64,000 bases of DNA from the human T2T-CHM13v2.0 reference genome, Homo sapiens. The notes beneath the pieces are model-generated. The model was given only the letters and a program-made list of their open reading frames with translations, was not told where the DNA came from and searched no databases. The stretch is taken from assembly GCF_009914755.1 (NCBI RefSeq), contig NC_060927.1; one strand, written 5' to 3'. This document shows positions 18,005 through 32,513 of the stretch, piece after piece; position 1 is the stretch's first letter, and each line of letters begins with the position of its first letter. A program made the position numbers and the translations under genes.

Positions 18005-18523
18005 AATGCAAGATTGGTTTTACATTAGAAAGTTATTTAATATAATTCAACACATTAACAGAATAAAGAAGAACAATGATCCATCATATCAATATATACA
18101 GAAAATTTTTGACAAACTTCAGTAGTCATTCAGGATAAAAAGTCTCAGTAAAATGGAAATAGAGGCAAATTTCCTCAATCTTAAAAAGATACTGAGAAAG
18201 AGAGTCACTAACATCATACTTAATGGTAAAAACTTAATTGCTTTTTCCTTAAAATCAGGAACAAAACAAGAATGATAACTTTTACTAGTTCTATTGAACA
18301 TTCTGCTGGAGGTCCTAACCAGTGCAATCAGGCAAGAAAAGTAAACAAAGAACCTATAGATTATAAATGAAGAAGATAATTTGTTTTTATTTGCAGATGA
18401 TGTGGTCATGTACAGAGTAAATCCTAAGTTTTACCCCATATAAATAAAACTATTACTAATAAGCAAATTTTTCAAAGTTTCAGGATAAAAGGTCAACATA
18501 AAAAGCAATTTTCTTCCTGTCAG

Positions 18524-19060
18524 CTGTCATGCATCACTTAACAATGGATATATATTCTGGGAAATGTGTCATTAGATGATTTTGTCATAGTGTAAACATC
18601 ATAGACAGTATTTACACAAACCTAGACAGTCTACCACACCTAGGCCATGTGGTATAGCCCATTGCTCCTAGGCTACAAAAATGTACAGCATGTTACTATA
18701 CTAAATACTGTCCCCAGCTGTAACACAATGGTAAATATTTGTGTATCTAAATATATATAAACATATAAAAGGTACAGTAAAAATGTGGTATTGTGAAACC
18801 CTGTCTCTACTAAAAATACAAAAATTAGCCAGGTATGGTGGCAGGCACCTGTAATCTCAGCTGCTTGGAGGCTGAGGCAAGAGAATCAATTTAACCTGGT
18901 AGGCAGAGGTTACAGTGAGCTGAGATCACACCACTGCACTCCAGCCTGGACAACAGGGTGAGACTTCATCTCAAAAATAAATAAATAAATAATCTTATGA
19001 GACCACTGTCATATATATGGTTCATTACTGATTGTAATGTTGTTATGCAGCACATGACTG
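18524..19060 (+). mobile_element. Tigger3a DNA transposon interrupted by a truncated Alu (18793-18990)
   Basis: Termini CTGTCATGCATCACTTAAC ... GTTATGCAGCACATGACTG followed by TA; internal text matches Tigger3a. Confidence 0.8.
18793..18990 (+). mobile_element. 5'-truncated Alu
   Basis: Starts at GTGAAACCCTGTCTCTACT; (AAAT)n tail. Confidence 0.9.
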
Positions 19061-19409
19061 TACCAGCAATTAAAATTGGAAATGGATATTTAGGGATGAA
19101 TACAATATGTACAAATTCTGTCAAATAAATCTATAAAATATTGTTGTGAAAAATTAAAGAGGACCTAAATAAATGGAAAGATATACAAAGTTCATGAATT
19201 AGAACATTCAATATTGTTAAAATGTCAGTTTATCTTCTCCAAATCAATCTAATGAAATGCAGTCTCAAAAAGTTTTGTAGGAATCAGCAAATTGATTTTA
19301 AAATTCCTCTGGGAATGCAGAGAATCCAGAACGGCAAAACAACTTGAAAAAAGAACAAAGTTACAGGACTAACACTATCTGACATGAAGAGTTAAAACAA
19401 CAGTAATTG

Positions 19410-19884
<475 letters not shown>

Positions 19885-21954
19885 TCATATAGGAAAACAA
19901 TGAACCTTAACCTCTCTCTCATACTATAAACAAAAATTAACTTGAAATGGATCATAGGTATAAATGTAAAAGTTAAAACTGTAAAACTCATTGAAGAAAA
20001 TCTTCAGGACCTTAGGGTAACCAAAGATTTTTCTGACAAGACATAAAAAAGCAATAATCACAAACACACAACGAGAAACTGTACTTTACCAAAAATTAAA
20101 AATTTGTCTTCAACACATTATGTTAAGTAAATGAAAAAGCACATCATACACTGGGGAAAATATCTGCAATATATGTATTATATTTGACAATTAACTTGTG
20201 TATTGAATATGTAAAGAATACATGAAACTCAATAATGAAAAGATGGTGCAACAAAAATGAGCATAAAACTTTAACAGAATGTTCACAAATAGTATGCTAA
20301 TAAACACATGAAGAGATGTTCAACATCATTAGTTGCCAGGGAAATGCAAACTAAAATCACAATGAAATATCAATGCATCTATCAGAATGGCTAAAAAAAC
20401 TAAAAACTGACAATGGCAAATATTTGCAAGGATTTAGAACAACTGGAACTCTCAATCATTGCTGGTTGAAGTTTATGTAAAATGTTAAAACCACTCTATA
20501 AAACAGTTAGAAAATTTCTTATAAAGTTAAATATATACTTATCATAAGACTCAGTCATTCCACTAAAGTATTTACCCAAGAGAAATAAAGACATATGCAC
20601 ATGAGAAATGGGTACAAGAATGTTCACTGCTGCCTCATTCATAACGGTAAAAATATGGAAACAACCCAAATGTTCATTAATGGGTGAATGGATAAGAAAT
20701 CTATGGTATATTCATACAATGGAATAAATATTTAGCAATATAAAGCAACAAGCTACATGCAATGACATGGATGAATCTCAAAAGCATTATGCTAAATAAA
20801 AAGCCAGATATAAAGAATACTTACTATGTTATTCCATCTATATGAATTTCTGTAACAGGCCATTGTCATCTGTAGTGACAAGAAAGCACTTCAGTGACAG
20901 CCTGTGCTGGGGAGTAGAAGGGACTGATTGCAGAGGGGAGGAGGAAACTTTCCAGAGTGATAGAAATGTTCTAAATCTTCTTGTGGTGGTGATTTTGGAT
21001 GTATACAATTGTTGAGACCTATCAAGCTGAACATTTAAAATGGGTCCTCTTTATTGTATGTAAATTATACTTCAAGAAAGCTGATGAAGAATAGTGCATA
21101 AGGTATAATGCAGTGATCCTTCCTTAACTCTTCTAATTTTAACTGCAACAGTAATAAATACAATGTCAGACAGAGAGATTCACAAACCAAATTGTAAAGA
21201 CAATTAAAAGAAAATACAAACGAATTTAGAGTTTTCCAGTCAATTTATAGCTATGAAACTACATGGAAAAACACTGACACTTTATTTAGCTTTCATCACA
21301 GTGATGGAGTTCTTAGCATTGAGCATAAGTACTCTTTTGTGGTGCCTGGGGTTGTATAATGTGAGTATCTAGGTCATATTTTAAGCTTTAATTATAAATC
21401 CTTTCAATCCACAAGCTATTTTCCTTTCATAGCAAAATTACTTTCCTGCTTTGGCCATAATGTCTAATAATTTTTAGCAGTGATTTCTTATGTGTTTAAA
21501 AAATTGCTGTGGGCACAATGCTGGTAGGTGGGTAATCCTTAAGGATTTCACAAAGTGGTCTACTCTACAAGTTGGTTTCATAATTTCCACAACTATTTCA
21601 GTCACCATGGCATCCCCAGTGTGCAGCACAGTATTGACACATGGGCCCTTGGGAAATGCTGAAAGGCTTATCTCTGACCCAAAACACTTTCCTGTAACAG
21701 AAAGAGCCCTGGAAGGATGGAAGCTTCCTGTGAAGGAGTCAAAGAGTGACAGAGCAAAGGCTGCACCAGTGGAAGAACTGTCACCATATGCCTGGTATGT
21801 GTGCACATGGCTTTCTAGGACTGTACAAAAAAACAGTGAATTTTCGGGATTTCTGGAGCTCACATAAACTTTAAATGTAAATCAAGCTTTACAAAGTTCC
21901 CACAGCACCCAATGTTTCACCTGTTTTCATGAATGCATCCAGGCTTCAAACTAA

Positions 21955-22670
<716 letters not shown>

Positions 22671-23673
22671 TAATCAGCTGCTTTTAGTGATTTGCCCCGC
22701 GGACAATTCCTTCAGGTTTATATTGATTTCATCTCCTACTGATTCATCAAATTAACAGGACTTGAAGGCACATGACCTGTCAAGAATCTTTCACTATTCT
22801 CTTTTATAATATTCCAGGTCCTGTTCAGTTGTTTCATTAATTGCACTGTTAGGAGTGAAAATTCTAAAGGCTTCTGGAAGTGCCAAGAACCAGTGCTTTT
22901 ACCTTTATAAATGAAGCTACCCTAAACAAGAGATGCATGGTGGTCATTGCACAGGTATCACAGTCAAAGGTTTCTTCTCCAGAACACCCCCACTAAGGAA
23001 GTCCATGGCCTTCAGTCTCCCATTATCCTTAAACATACTTCTATACTCAGTGTTTAATCTTCTTCTAATGACTAGAGTCTTTAAAAGTTTTTGTAGAGGT
23101 TCACATATGTCTGTATATATATTAATTCCACACACCCACAAACATATATTTTAAATATAATCCAGCTCTTTCTTAGATAGACAGGAAGCTCCACGAGGCA
23201 AGGAATTTGATCATCTGCTTTTGTGATGGCTAGTGCTGTCAGGAAACATTCTTGGACATACTGTGGGTAAACAGTCAATGTAAAGCTTAACAAATGCACA
23301 TGTTGCTGAACTTCAGAGAAGTATCAACAATTGGAGTTGTATTTTAAAAACTACATTCTACTTTATAACAGTTTTATTCATAATTGCCCAAACTGGAAGC
23401 AATTAGAATGTCTTTCAGTAAATAAATTGATAAACAAACTGTTGCATAGTTATATAATGACATATTACTCAGTGGTAAGAAGAAATGACCTATCAAACCA
23501 TGAAAAGACATAGAGAAATCTTAAATGGATACTGCTAAGTAAAAGGAGCAGGTCTGAAAAGGCTACCTACTGAATGATTCCAACATTCTGGAAAAAGCAA
23601 AACTATAGAGACAGTGAAAAGATCAGAGGAACCTGTTTGGGCTATGGGGAGTATGGGAGATATATCGTAATTC

Positions 23674-23912
23674 TTTTGTTTTTGTTTTTTCTTTTTGAGA
23701 CGGAGTCTCGTTCTGTCGCCCAGGCTGGAGTGCAGTGGCGCACTCTTGGCTCACTGCAAGCTCCGCCTCCGGGGTTCATGCTATTCTCCTGCCTCAGCCT
23801 CCTGAGTAGCTGGGACTACAGGCGCGCCTGGCTAATTTTTTGTATTTTTAGTAGAGACGGGGTTTCACCGTGGTCTCGATCTCCTGACCTCATGATCTGC
23901 CTGCCTCGGCCT
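23674..23912 (-). mobile_element. AluY with the AluYd-type 12-bp left-monomer deletion, 5'-truncated
   Basis: GGGGTTTCACCGTGGTCTCGATCTC reads GAGACCACGGTGAAACCCC on the minus strand. Confidence 0.75.
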
Positions 23913-23919
23913 GGTAATT

Positions 23920-23922
23920 ATT

Positions 23923-23973
<51 letters not shown>

Positions 23974-24259
23974 TTTTGAGGCAGAGTTTCACTTTGTCAT
24001 CCAGGCTGGAGTGCAGTAATGCAATCTTGGCATATTGTAGCCTCAACCTCCCGGGCTCAAGCAATCCTCTCACCTCAGCTTCCTGAGTAGCTGAGAGTAC
24101 AGCCGCATCTCACCACACACACAGCTAATTTTGTGATTTTTATAGAGAGTGGTTTTTACCATGTTGCCAGGCTAATCTCAAGCTCCTGAACTCAAATGAT
24201 CCACCTGCCTCTGATTCCCAAAGTGCTGGGATTACAGGTGTGCACCACCGCTCTTGGCC
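23920..24259 (-). mobile_element. AluJ with (TTTA)n tail
   Basis: Diverged dimer; (TTTA) microsatellite at about 23920-23976. Confidence 0.88.
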
Positions 24260-24981
24260 AATATATGGTAATTCTACGTTCTGCATAATTTTTCTATAAA
24301 ACTAAGACTGCTCTAAAAAAATTAAGTTTATAAATTTATAAATTACATTGTAAATCAAGACTGTTTAATGTTACATCATTAAACAGATATAGTCTGGTTG
24401 TAGAATAATTTTCCATTAAAGTATTTTTAGAAGGATGCTATAATGATTTCTTCTCTTACATAACACTGCTGTGGTGACCCAGAAAATATTTAGAAAACAC
24501 TTTCCCCCAGTTGGAAACCTATTTATAAAAACATCAAACACTCAACCCCAGTTTTAACTAACAGAAAAAGTATATCCAATTAAAACAGAAACATTAGGAA
24601 AAAAATCAAGTATAAATAAAAGATTTATTTTTTCCTTACTTGCTTGCCATAAAATATCTCTTATTTAGGAAGAGACAAAGTTTTAAAATTCAATGCTTAG
24701 GAAATGGAATATTCCTTGCAAGTCTAGATTTTCTATTCTTGATCCAAAACCTCATCATGTCCCTCTGCCGCAGAGGAGGAGTGTTCAGGGCGTCTGGGTG
24801 AACATCAAGGGTGTTAAATTCCACATGTAACCAGTTTTCTTGAAGACATTCCTACAAATGATACGCTCGCATAGGTACTCCCATATTATGATGAAATCCC
24901 AAGCTTCTAGACACAATTTCCAATATAATACAGTGACAGAGGAGCAAGTATTTAAAAAAGAAAGAAAAAGAAAACAAAGCA

Positions 24982-25114
24982 AGCTGGACATGCTACTCAA
25001 GAGGCTGAGGCAGGAGGATCACTTGAGCCCAGGAGTTTGAGGCTGCAGTAAGCCATGATAGTGCCACTGCACTCCAGCCTGAGTGACACAGTGAGACCCC
25101 ATCTCTAAAAAAAA
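24982..25114 (+). mobile_element. Alu monomer (FLAM/FRAM or truncated AluJ)
   Basis: GAGGCTGAGGCAGGAGGATCACTTGAGCCCAGGAG...A tail. Confidence 0.8.
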
Positions 25115-25129
25115 TTTCTTTTTAAGAAA

Positions 25130-26410
25130 AGTGAAACAAAACATCATAGGAAACAATCAAATCCACACTGTGGAACAATCTACAGGCAAGCTGACCTTGC
25201 CTCTTCAAAAATCAATGTCATGGCTACTTTATCAGTGAAGATCACAAATAAATGGATGAAAAAAAGGTCAAATGTTTATGGCAGCTCTATTCAAAATCAC
25301 AAAGGCTGGAAAAAAAATCAAAATATTCCTCTTCTACAGAATGGAAAAACAAGCTGTGGTATATCCACACGATAGTACACTACTCTGCAACAAAAAAGGA
25401 ACAAACTATTGATAAATGCAATAACATGGATGAATCTCAAATGCATTATGCCAAGTGAAAAACAAACAGACTTAAGAGCCTATGTACTATATGATTCCAT
25501 TTATATGATACTCTGAGAAAGGCAAAACTCGTAGGGAGAGAGAACAGATTAGTGGTTAAGGGTAGGGAGAGAGTTTGACAATGGAGGGAAATTTGGAAAG
25601 GAGGATGAAACTGTTCTATTTCTTAATTTTGATTATTATTACATGAATTAATACAAAAACACACAGGTCTTTACACCAAAAAGTATGACTTTTCCTGTAT
25701 GTAAATTTTTTAAAAAACCCTTAAAATTTTTAAAATGAAAAAAAGTCACTGATATGGTGGGTAGGGGGAAAGGGTGATAGGACTGTTCAAGTTTAAAAGA
25801 CACCAAAAAAGAGGGTCTGAAGTTATCACAGTGAGTTATCTCAGTTGATCGTTCATGGTCAGTTACAGATCGAACTCCTTGTTCCACTCTTTCCCCACCC
25901 TTCTCACTACTGCACTTGACTAGCCAAAAAAAAAGACAGAGAGAGAGACCAAAGAGGCATAACAACCAAATGCAATGAATTTTGACTGGCTCTTCCTATT
26001 TGACGTAGGAGGAAAAATTGCTATAAAAAAAATTTTTGGAAGACAATTGGGGAAATGTAAATATAGACCAGATTTTAGAGGAAATTATGAAATTCTTGTT
26101 AATTTTCATAATGTGATAATGGCAATGGGATTAAATAGGAGACTATCCTTATTCTTAGGAGATGTATGCTGAAATATTTAGGTAAATTGCCTTGATGTCT
26201 GCACCTTACTTTCAAGAAGTTCATTTTTTAAAAAGTTGTGTTTTTATCTGTATGGTCTGTATGTGCATGTATATACATAAAAATAAAGCAAATATAAGCA
26301 AAATGATAAATATGAATGACAACTACAGAATTTGGGTTAAAGGCATACAACTATTCACTGAACTTTTTTAGCATTTCTGTATATTTGAAAATTTCAAAGT
26401 AATAAGTGGA
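25130..26410 (+). mobile_element. Ancient L1ME-type 3' fragments
   Basis: Degenerate L1 3'UTR text (CATGGATGAATCTCAAATGCATTATG...); boundaries approximate. Confidence 0.6.
25814..25925 (+). pseudogene. Y RNA (hY1/RNY1) retropseudogene
   Basis: AGTGAGTTATCTCAGTTGATCGTTCATGGTCAGTTACAGATCGAACTCCTTGTTCCACTCTTTCCCC...CTTGACTAG matches hY1; followed by an A tail. Confidence 0.92.
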
Positions 26411-26989
26411 GAGAAATCATTCACAAAACTAATCTTGGCAAATCAGTGTGTTGTGAAATCCTCTCTGGAAGATTTTTGGTCCAAAATGTCTTTTTTTTTT
26501 ATAGCTGTTTTCCTACTAGACAGAATCTAGTCAAAATTCATGCACAGCATTTGATTATGTCTCTCTGGTCTCTTTTAAACGTGATCAGTGCCCAGTATTG
26601 GATCTCTCATGACGAGACACTGTCCGCTTTGCTGGCCTGATTCCATGCCCAGCGCCGTCTACACTCTCCTCCTGGATGTCATAAGCCACGTTCTTCCTCA
26701 CTGCTAGGCTCCTGCCACGTCACTCTACTTGCTCCCCTTGCCTACCATGATAAAGCTGGTCTGGAATGCTCTGAGCCCTACAGGCACAGTCAGAGAGAGC
26801 ATGACCACCCCTGTGCTCTCAGTGCCACACGCGCCTCTCCCACATGCCACTGTCATTATTTGTTATCTGTTGACTTTTCTCATGTGTCAATTTACCAGAA
26901 TGGTAGGAAAGAAATCCCATTCGCTCTTCTACCACTTTATGCCCAATACTGTTCCTAGACATGCTGAAGAAAATAGTTGATTTAACTGA

Positions 26990-27097
26990 AGGTTTCTCAA
27001 CCTCAGCGTTTCTCAACCTCAGCACTGCTGACATTTTAGACTGGAAAATTCTTTGTTGTGGGGAGCTGCCCTGGACGTCATAGGATGTTCAGCAGCA
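26990..27097. mobile_element. MER20 (hAT-Charlie) fragment with a local tandem duplication
   Basis: GTTTCTCAACCTCAGC twice, then ACTGCTGACATTTT...ATTCTTTGTTGTGGGG...TAGGATGTTCAGCAGCA. Confidence 0.65.
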
Positions 27098-28925
27098 CTT
27101 CAACATTGAATAAATGAATGAATGATCCTGAGGTATTCTTAAACAAATGGCAATTATTGGGTGGGGTTGTGGGGAAGGCTATACAAAGAAAATTACAACC
27201 CCTGAAGATGGAGAGGTCTGGAGTCAGTGACAGAGGCCTGGTGATGACAGTGAGAGTGCAGCCCAAGTGACAACACAGCTGGGCTGAGGAGGGTTCAGAG
27301 CAAACACACACAGTCATTCATTCCTCCCAGCCAGCATGTGTATACAGTTTTGGAATGATCCAAAGAGCATTTTTATATTGTGTGCAACTGAGAGAAAGTG
27401 GTATAACAGAGGCCTTTTTGGTTTTGGTATAAAGCAATTTCAAGCAAAGGCAAAATGATGATTATTGATTTCCACCTAGGATATAAAGGGCTATATAAGA
27501 CTGATTACACGTGGTCATACCACTTGCTGCAAGTTTCAGTACTTCCCCGCCCCCCCCAACCCCAATTTCTTCCTTTTTCACATTAGAAGATTGTCAGCTC
27601 ACAAGAGAAAACTGATGGGCTCAGAGGACTTTATCAGGATTGATTATCAAAACTAATATGTTGTTTTTCCAAGTCGATAAAACATTGCAGAGCTCAAAGC
27701 AGGAGGAGCAACATTTCCCCAGAAAATGAGAGTTTTTCTTGCTGGCAGCTAAGCTTCTTGGTGGACAATAAACTAAAACAATCTCTCCTTGATTACATTT
27801 TTGACTTGTAAATGTTTTAAACTGGCTTAGCCAAAGCTCTCATTAAGAGACATATTCATTAACTTTGGTTGTCCATAATAAATTTGTATTTTAAAACAGC
27901 TCTTTGATGTTTAATTCAGAAAAATTAAAACAAACACTGTTTAAAAAGAATGAATGTATAAATAAGTCAAATGTCAACTATAATAAATCATCATTTAAAA
28001 ATATGACCTTTAGTGGTATTTTAGAATGAATACATGTATTTGATTTTTATGTTTAAAGAAATTTGCATTTATGGTCATTACAGATTCAAGTTGCCACATA
28101 AAGAAATGCTGTTATCATGCAACAAAACAGATGGTCCCCAAAATCTTTCTAAGAAATCTATCTATCTAATCTAGTCAAGAGGGGAGTTTGAAGCTCAGTT
28201 TTCTCTCTGATTTTATTATCACTAATTATTTTGTAGAATTTTTTTTGTCCTTTGGTTTTTAACTAGACATGATTATTTAAATATATAATCACTATAGTAG
28301 GAGAAAAGAAAGAAACACAGAAAAGCCAAAATAAATAAATTACCCAAATCTTAATAGCCAGAGAAAACTACTGGTGTTAACATTGGATTATATCTGCCCA
28401 GGCCATTTATACAAAAGCAAACATCTATATACATGCCTTTATAAGCTTTTCACTTAGCACTATGTCACGGCTGTCTTTCCAAGGATAAATACTTACATAC
28501 AGTTTTATGTTTATAGTGGCAAGATATACCATTATAAGGATGGGTCAACATTTATTCAATTATCTAATGTTGGACATATAGCTCCTTCTCGGTCTTGAAC
28601 CTTACACACAACATTAGCGTGAAGAACCTGTGAATTTTTTTTCTTACAGTTTCTCTCTTTGGTGTCATTCTTATAGTCAAGGTCTCCCCACCCAAAGATC
28701 AGATAAATATTCACCTATAATTCTTTCCAGTCCTTTTATGGTTTTAATTTGTTATATTCATATATTTAACTTGACTGAATTTCATTTCAGTGTGTACTTT
28801 AAAAAAGGGGAGGCTTTATCCACTCTCCCCAAATGGCTTGCCATTTGTCCCAGCAACATTTAATACCTAATCAATCATTTTTCTACTGGCAAAAAATGCC
28901 TATCACAAATTTGTGGGGGGGGTTC

Positions 28926-29392
<467 letters not shown>

Positions 29393-29628
29393 TGATTTAC
29401 TTCAGAATCATATATTTTGATACACTGTTTGCTCATATTGTCATTTTATAATGTTAACTAGTTTTACAGTATTTTTTTCTGGGTTTTACAGTATTTTTTT
29501 CTGTTAGCTTATCTACTTTCCCCCTAAAATTATCATGTATTTAATCATGTCTAAATAAAAACCAAAGGGGAACAGAAGAAAATTCCAAAAAATAATTGTT
29601 GGTAGACCTGAAGGTTGCCCCCAAGTTT

Positions 29629-30020
29629 TCAGTTTATCTTGGTGATATCCATGTACCCATTCTGTGAATGTTACTGAATCCTAAGGTAGAAAGAGTCTCT
29701 ACCTCTTCTAGGCCTGCTTTTGATCTCCAATTAGTGGGGTCTGTAGTGGTCTACTAGCATTTGTTAAATTCATTTCTCATGTCATCCCACCAATTGTCTC
29801 AGGAAGGGAAGACATTGGCTGGTTCTTGGTGTCTTCCTGAAGTTGGTCTGTCCTTCATGTTATATCAGATAAAAACTTCTCAACACCTGTAGAATGCAAC
29901 GGACACCACTTCCCTGCCAGCTCCCTGTTTTCTCCTTTTCCTTTTCTTGGTTTATGGAGTTTTCTCCTTACTTTCCTTTTTCTTTGTAGTTTTTATCGGT
30001 TTTTTCCCGTACTTCACCAT
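29629..30020 (-). pseudogene. Possible highly decayed histone H2B-like gene
   Basis: Kozak-like AAGATGG start; K/R-rich N-terminus; motif order REVVSVAFY(K)VL, ASR..HY, EI, RLFLP, ITK with frameshifts; 392 bp long. Confidence 0.3.
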
Positions 30021-31334
30021 CTTCCCAAGAAATCTTGAGTTAGATCACTTTGTGGAACTTAGTATGAGCAAGCTATACCACTAATAAACATTAAAATAAT
30101 GAGATAGCCTAAGAGTAACTGCTCAAAGAAAATGAAGACTATCCCCGAATTCATGCATGACCATAGCATGTATTTTGAAAGAAGAAAGAAAACATAGCAA
30201 ACCTTGCCAATCAATAAGCAATTTGCCGATCAATAAGTAATTTCCCTGTACTATTCAATGCAGGCAGATCTCCACAGTGGGCAGATACAAGAGTTTTTTT
30301 TTCTTTTAACATGGGTAAAATTTCTTTTATTTGAGAAAGTAATGTGTATACATAGTTTTAAAAAATAAAGACAAAGAATATACAGAAAAGATCTTCCATC
30401 CATTCCTGCTCTGCACCCCTCTACCATCTTTCAGTATTCTCCCTAGAGACAAGCCCTGTTATTTATCTACTGGTTTACAAATAGAGAAATCTTTCATTAT
30501 CCCTCAAATTAAAACTGATCAGCATATTGAGATGATATGATGTTGAGAAGATACAGTATTATTGTAACTGTTAAGAAAAGCTAGAATAATATCAAAGGTA
30601 TTGTAGTGGATAAAACTTAGGCAGATGCACAAAAAAGATGTACCACCTCTCCCTTTTTATTAATGAATATGAAAATAATTTATAAATTACTTACTCAAAC
30701 AAACATTTACTGAGCATCTACCATATGCTAGGGACTGTCCTAAGTGGTATGGACAGAAAATGAAGCAAGACGTACTCCATCTATTACCTTCCATTTCATT
30801 TTATTAAGATAATTGTTAATAACAGCTGACGTGTTATATTTTAAGTGCTAAATCAAAATGTCATTGCATAAAAGTCATTTGCAAATCAAACGGAACAATC
30901 TGAGCACAGATCTAAAACTCGTAATGCTTCCTTGGATCCTGGACCATAATACTGTACTTGTGGTAAGCTCAGAGCAGGAGGGAATAGCCTGATGACAAAT
31001 TACCCCTCATCTTAAATGTTCTAACATCCCCTATACTGTCAGTCGACCTTGGGTGTGTTCACACACAATAGCACACAGGAAGACGCGAAGGTGACGTGGC
31101 CTTCCTGTTTGGGCAAGGCATAATCTTAACATAGAAGGTGCCTGTTGCTCATTACGGGCAGAAAAAAGAGCCATTATCACTTACAATTGGACAGACCTCT
31201 TTGACTTTGGCAGGGGCCCGCCAACCTGCACACCAGAGGCACACATAGGGAGTGAGGGAGGAATGTTGAGAAGTGATTTCCCAATGGCCCATCTCTAAGG
31301 AAGTAGTCTCTGTTTTTTCAGTTCACACTTTACC

Positions 31335-31510
31335 ACAATGCTTACCTTGTGCCAGGCCCTATTCTAAGTGCTTTTCATATATTTACTCATTTAATGCTCA
31401 CAACAGCCCTATGAGGCAGAAACTACATTTATTCCCATTTGACAGATAAGGAAACTGAGGATCAGAGAGGTTACGTATCCTGGCCAAGGTCACAGAGTTA
31501 GTGAGCTGTC
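31335..31510 (-). mobile_element. MIR
   Basis: GACAGATAAGGAAACTGAGG...CCAAGGTCACAG core. Confidence 0.8.
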
Positions 31511-31639
31511 TATACAAGCCACATGGAGTGAGGTTCTGGAGATGGAAGTTGGGGTTAGTCAGAACAGATGCCTTAAAATGTCCTTGTCAAAGTTGCCTCT
31601 TCTATGCAAAATGATAATTCTGAAATCAGCAACCTAAAA

Positions 31640-31850
31640 AACAGCAGCCATCTATTATGACCTCACCACTGTGCTATGTGTTTTATAAATGAAAAGCCCA
31701 ATCCTAACAAACCCTTTAAAGTAGGGACTTTAACCACCCATTTTATAGATTAAGAAATTAAGGTCTGGAAAGTAACTTCCCCTAGCTAGTGAGATCTGAA
31801 GCCAGGATCTTAGCTGTCTGACTCCAGGACCCATGCTTTTTTCATTTCAC
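31640..31850 (-). mobile_element. MIR
   Basis: CCCATTTTATAGATTAAGAAATTAAGG...TCTGACTCCAG. Confidence 0.55.
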
Positions 31851-32345
31851 TGTAGTGACTATGTGTGAGTGAGAAATTCCAACATCATCACAATCAGAAA
31901 AATAGTGGCTCTGTCTACTCTGATGGTTTATGCTTGTGCTAACACAGGCTGTCCTCCTAGTGGGGAGAAGTCTTTGGCACAAGTAATTAATTTACATTAA
32001 TGCTTAGCTCTCACTCCTATGTAGTATTCATATTTGACACAGTACAATCTTTCTCATTTTCAAACACAGATTATTCACACCATACATATGTAGCAGATAA
32101 TTCAATAATAAATTGACTGTGATCAAACATTTGGCAAAAGCTTGAGAAGTCAAATAGTTTTTAAAAAGTCTGATATATCCTTAGACTTCCAAATTGTCTC
32201 CATTTTAAGGTTAGAGCATCTAAAAGCAAACCCAAGTACCTGTTTTATAATATTATAGCCCCCTACAGAAATGCCTCCACAAGTTAGGGCACTTTAGAAA
32301 CTATAGTGAACCATCTGAATGGTTTTCTAAAACTATCCTTGAGGA

Positions 32346-32513
32346 CATAGATTATTGTGTTAATCAAGGTTCCCTGATCCTTTTGTTTAATAACAGAAAA
32401 GAGGCACTACCTTTTCCTTTTCACTCGTGCATAGATTATTGTGTTAATCAAGGTTCCCTGATCCTTTTGTTTAATAACAGAAAAGAGGCACTACCTTTTC
32501 CTTTTCACTCGTG
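32346..32513. repeat. Perfect 84-bp tandem duplication (2 copies)
   Basis: CATAGATTATTGTG...TTCACTCGTG at 32346 and again at 32430. Confidence 0.95.

Noticed and set aside
23574-24086. 170-aa ORF with a hydrophobic FIYL repeat
   Set aside because: Translation of antisense Alus and a (TTTA)n microsatellite.
30200-30245. CCAAT/octamer-like motifs upstream of the H2B-like relic
   Set aside because: They fall in a short tandem duplication, and ATTTGCC is not a true octamer; not counted as support.
32346-32513. Repeat resembling an array or CRISPR unit
   Set aside because: Two abutting copies without spacers in primate DNA; a simple tandem duplication.
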